In this document: positions 5,689 through 6,936 of the stretch, one piece after another
Layout: the number at the start of each line of letters is the position of its first letter
Numbering within the stretch: the first letter of the stretch is position 1
NCBI GenBank assembly: GCA_016840465.1
Contig: JAEOSH010000074.1
Coordinates: 1 to 6,936 of the forward strand
Direction: 5' to 3'
DNA from: Candidatus Baldrarchaeum yapensis
GTDB taxonomy: Archaea; Asgardarchaeota; Baldrarchaeia; Baldrarchaeales; Baldrarchaeaceae
Length of the DNA stretch: 6,936 nucleotides
Position numbers and translations under genes: made by a program
The notes under the pieces: generated by a model
Seen by the model: only the letters and a program-made list of their open reading frames with translations
The model's database searches: none
What the model was told of the DNA's origin: nothing

Positions 5689-6865
5689 ATACGAGCACGA
5701 GTTCATCTCCGAAGAGAACATGACCGTCCTAGTAAATCAGTTGTTCAAAATAGGAACTACGATCCTCGTGAACATCCCCAGTTGCGACACCGATCCCGCC
5801 ATCACAATCGATCTCGATCTCCAAGAAATGACCCTCCACATTACCGAGAACTCTCTCAAGCACCCCCTCATAGTGGACGAAATAAGGATATCAATCGTCA
5901 GATCCGGGTTGATACCCCCACAAAACCTCTCCAACCTTGAAAAATTGCTAAAAGAGCATTACGAGTTCCACAAACTCGTAATGCTATCCCCGTGCATACC
6001 AATCGCTCTCGACACGGGCTCCCTAATAAGGGGAATCCCCACCCTGATAAGAGAACTCCTCGCAGAACTTGCAACATACATCATCTTCATAGAGCCGCAA
6101 ACCGTGAAAGACGAACTCGACAGAATGCTGAAAAATGGAAAGTGGTCGTCACGTCTCGCACTCCTCGCAATCACCGAACTGAACCGCATACCTAACCTCA
6201 TACTCTCAAGAATCACAAACATCCCCAACCACGCCGAGGACTCCGACTCCAAAATCCTCGAGGAACTCAAAATACTCGCTAAAGACCTCCCCCATCTCAC
6301 CTTCCTAACAATGGACAAGAACCTCGCAATAAGAGTGGCCAAAGAGAACATAAGATCCGTGTTCCTAGATCAACCCGTACTACACGACTCCTTTAAAATA
6401 AAAGGTCATGACCCCGGAAGATGGGTGAAAAACATCTCGAGATTCCTCCACACACTCGCAATCGCCGCCGGCACCATATCAATATCTTGCGCCGACGAAA
6501 CCATCACCCTCAACGGAGTATGGTCCGGCAAAAAACCAGAACACTGGCACAAAAACTTAATCCGCATTCTCATACCGTCTGGCTCCAAAATACTACCACC
6601 CCTCAGAAGACACCTGTCGATCCTGCAAAAAGCATCCGACCGCGCGAAAAGCCGCTATAAGAAAACCATCGAACCAATAACAGGCCCCCTCCTCACAACC
6701 AGGGAAGCCGCCTGCCTGCTACGCGTAACTCCATCAACTATACGAAGATGGATAAAGATGGGAAAAATAAGGGCCATCCGCCCCACAGATAGAAGACTTC
6801 TCATCCCCAGCGAGGAAATTTGGAAGCTAATGTCCCCAGAAAACTCAATGAAAGAAAACCACTGA
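5672..6865 (+). CDS. PIN-domain nuclease with N- and C-terminal extensions, fused to a C-terminal MerR/excisionase-like (HTH_17-type) HTH
   Basis: PIN acidic set D114 (IALDTG), E148 (VKDEL), D192 (DSDSKILEE), D215 (FLTMDKNLA). C-terminal LLTTREAACLLRVTPSTIRRWIKMGKIRAIR. GTG start with SD GGAGG (5658-5662) and a 17-nt overlap with the CARF gene. Confidence 0.8.
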   Translation: MPSKNKYEHEFISEENMTVLVNQLFKIGTTILVNIPSCDTDPAITIDLDLQEMTLHITENSLKHPLIVDEIRISIVRSGLIPPQNLSNLEKLLKEHYEFHKLVMLSPCIPIALDTGSLIRGIPTLIRELLAELATYIIFIEPQTVKDELDRMLKNGKWSSRLALLAITELNRIPNLILSRITNIPNHAEDSDSKILEELKILAKDLPHLTFLTMDKNLAIRVAKENIRSVFLDQPVLHDSFKIKGHDPGRWVKNISRFLHTLAIAAGTISISCADETITLNGVWSGKKPEHWHKNLIRILIPSGSKILPPLRRHLSILQKASDRAKSRYKKTIEPITGPLLTTREAACLLRVTPSTIRRWIKMGKIRAIRPTDRRLLIPSEEIWKLMSPENSMKENH

Positions 6866-6917
6866 CCCCTTACACCCCCAATCTTTATATTATGCTACCA
6901 CAAGACATTATCGGGGG

Positions 6918-6936
6918 CTGTCTCTTATACACATCT
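6918..6936 (+). other. Nextera/Tn5 mosaic-end adapter, a sequencing artefact
   Basis: Exact match to the 19-bp mosaic end CTGTCTCTTATACACATCT at the very end of the sequence. Confidence 0.97.

Noticed and set aside
5361-6660. Short ORFs overlapping the CARF and PIN genes
   Set aside because: Shadows without motifs or ribosome-binding sites.
6689-6900. IS607-type insertion sequence
   Set aside because: Only the HTH is present; there is no serine-recombinase catalytic domain or tnpB, and the HTH is in frame with the PIN gene.
6875-6917. Imperfect inverted repeat CCCCCAAT/ATCGGGGG as a terminator or element end
   Set aside because: Short, low-complexity and abutting the adapter; it may equally be the promoter (TTTATATT) of a truncated next gene.
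1-6936. CRISPR array or leader
   Set aside because: No regularly spaced 24-47 bp repeats were seen; the AT-rich 1960-2050 stretch is explained as a promoter region.

Overview
Archaeal defence/CRISPR-accessory island at a contig end; the last 19 nt are an untrimmed Nextera/Tn5 adapter. Archaeal origin is inferred from GGTGA/GGAGG ribosome-binding sites, TATA-type promoters and AGG/AGA/ATA codon use. Left to right: (1) a P-loop ATPase gene on the minus strand running off the left edge (1-540, absent from the ORF track); (2) about 1.4 kb of decayed DNA holding a multi-TM membrane-protein pseudogene (+) and a TOPRIM-like gene remnant (-); (3) a Csx14/Crn1-type CARF ring-nuclease-like gene with a wHTH-like tail and a GGRM instead of GGRK motif; (4) a minus-strand block cas4(Csa1-like)-cas2-[abrB/vapB-vapC]-cas2 with no cas1; (5) a divergently transcribed, overlapping pair encoding a stand-alone CARF protein and a PIN nuclease fused to a MerR/excisionase-like HTH. 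No CRISPR array, cas1 or cas10 is visible. The best candidate for an undescribed system is the split CARF + PIN-HTH module next to a ring-nuclease homolog and a Cas1-less, double-Cas2 cassette.
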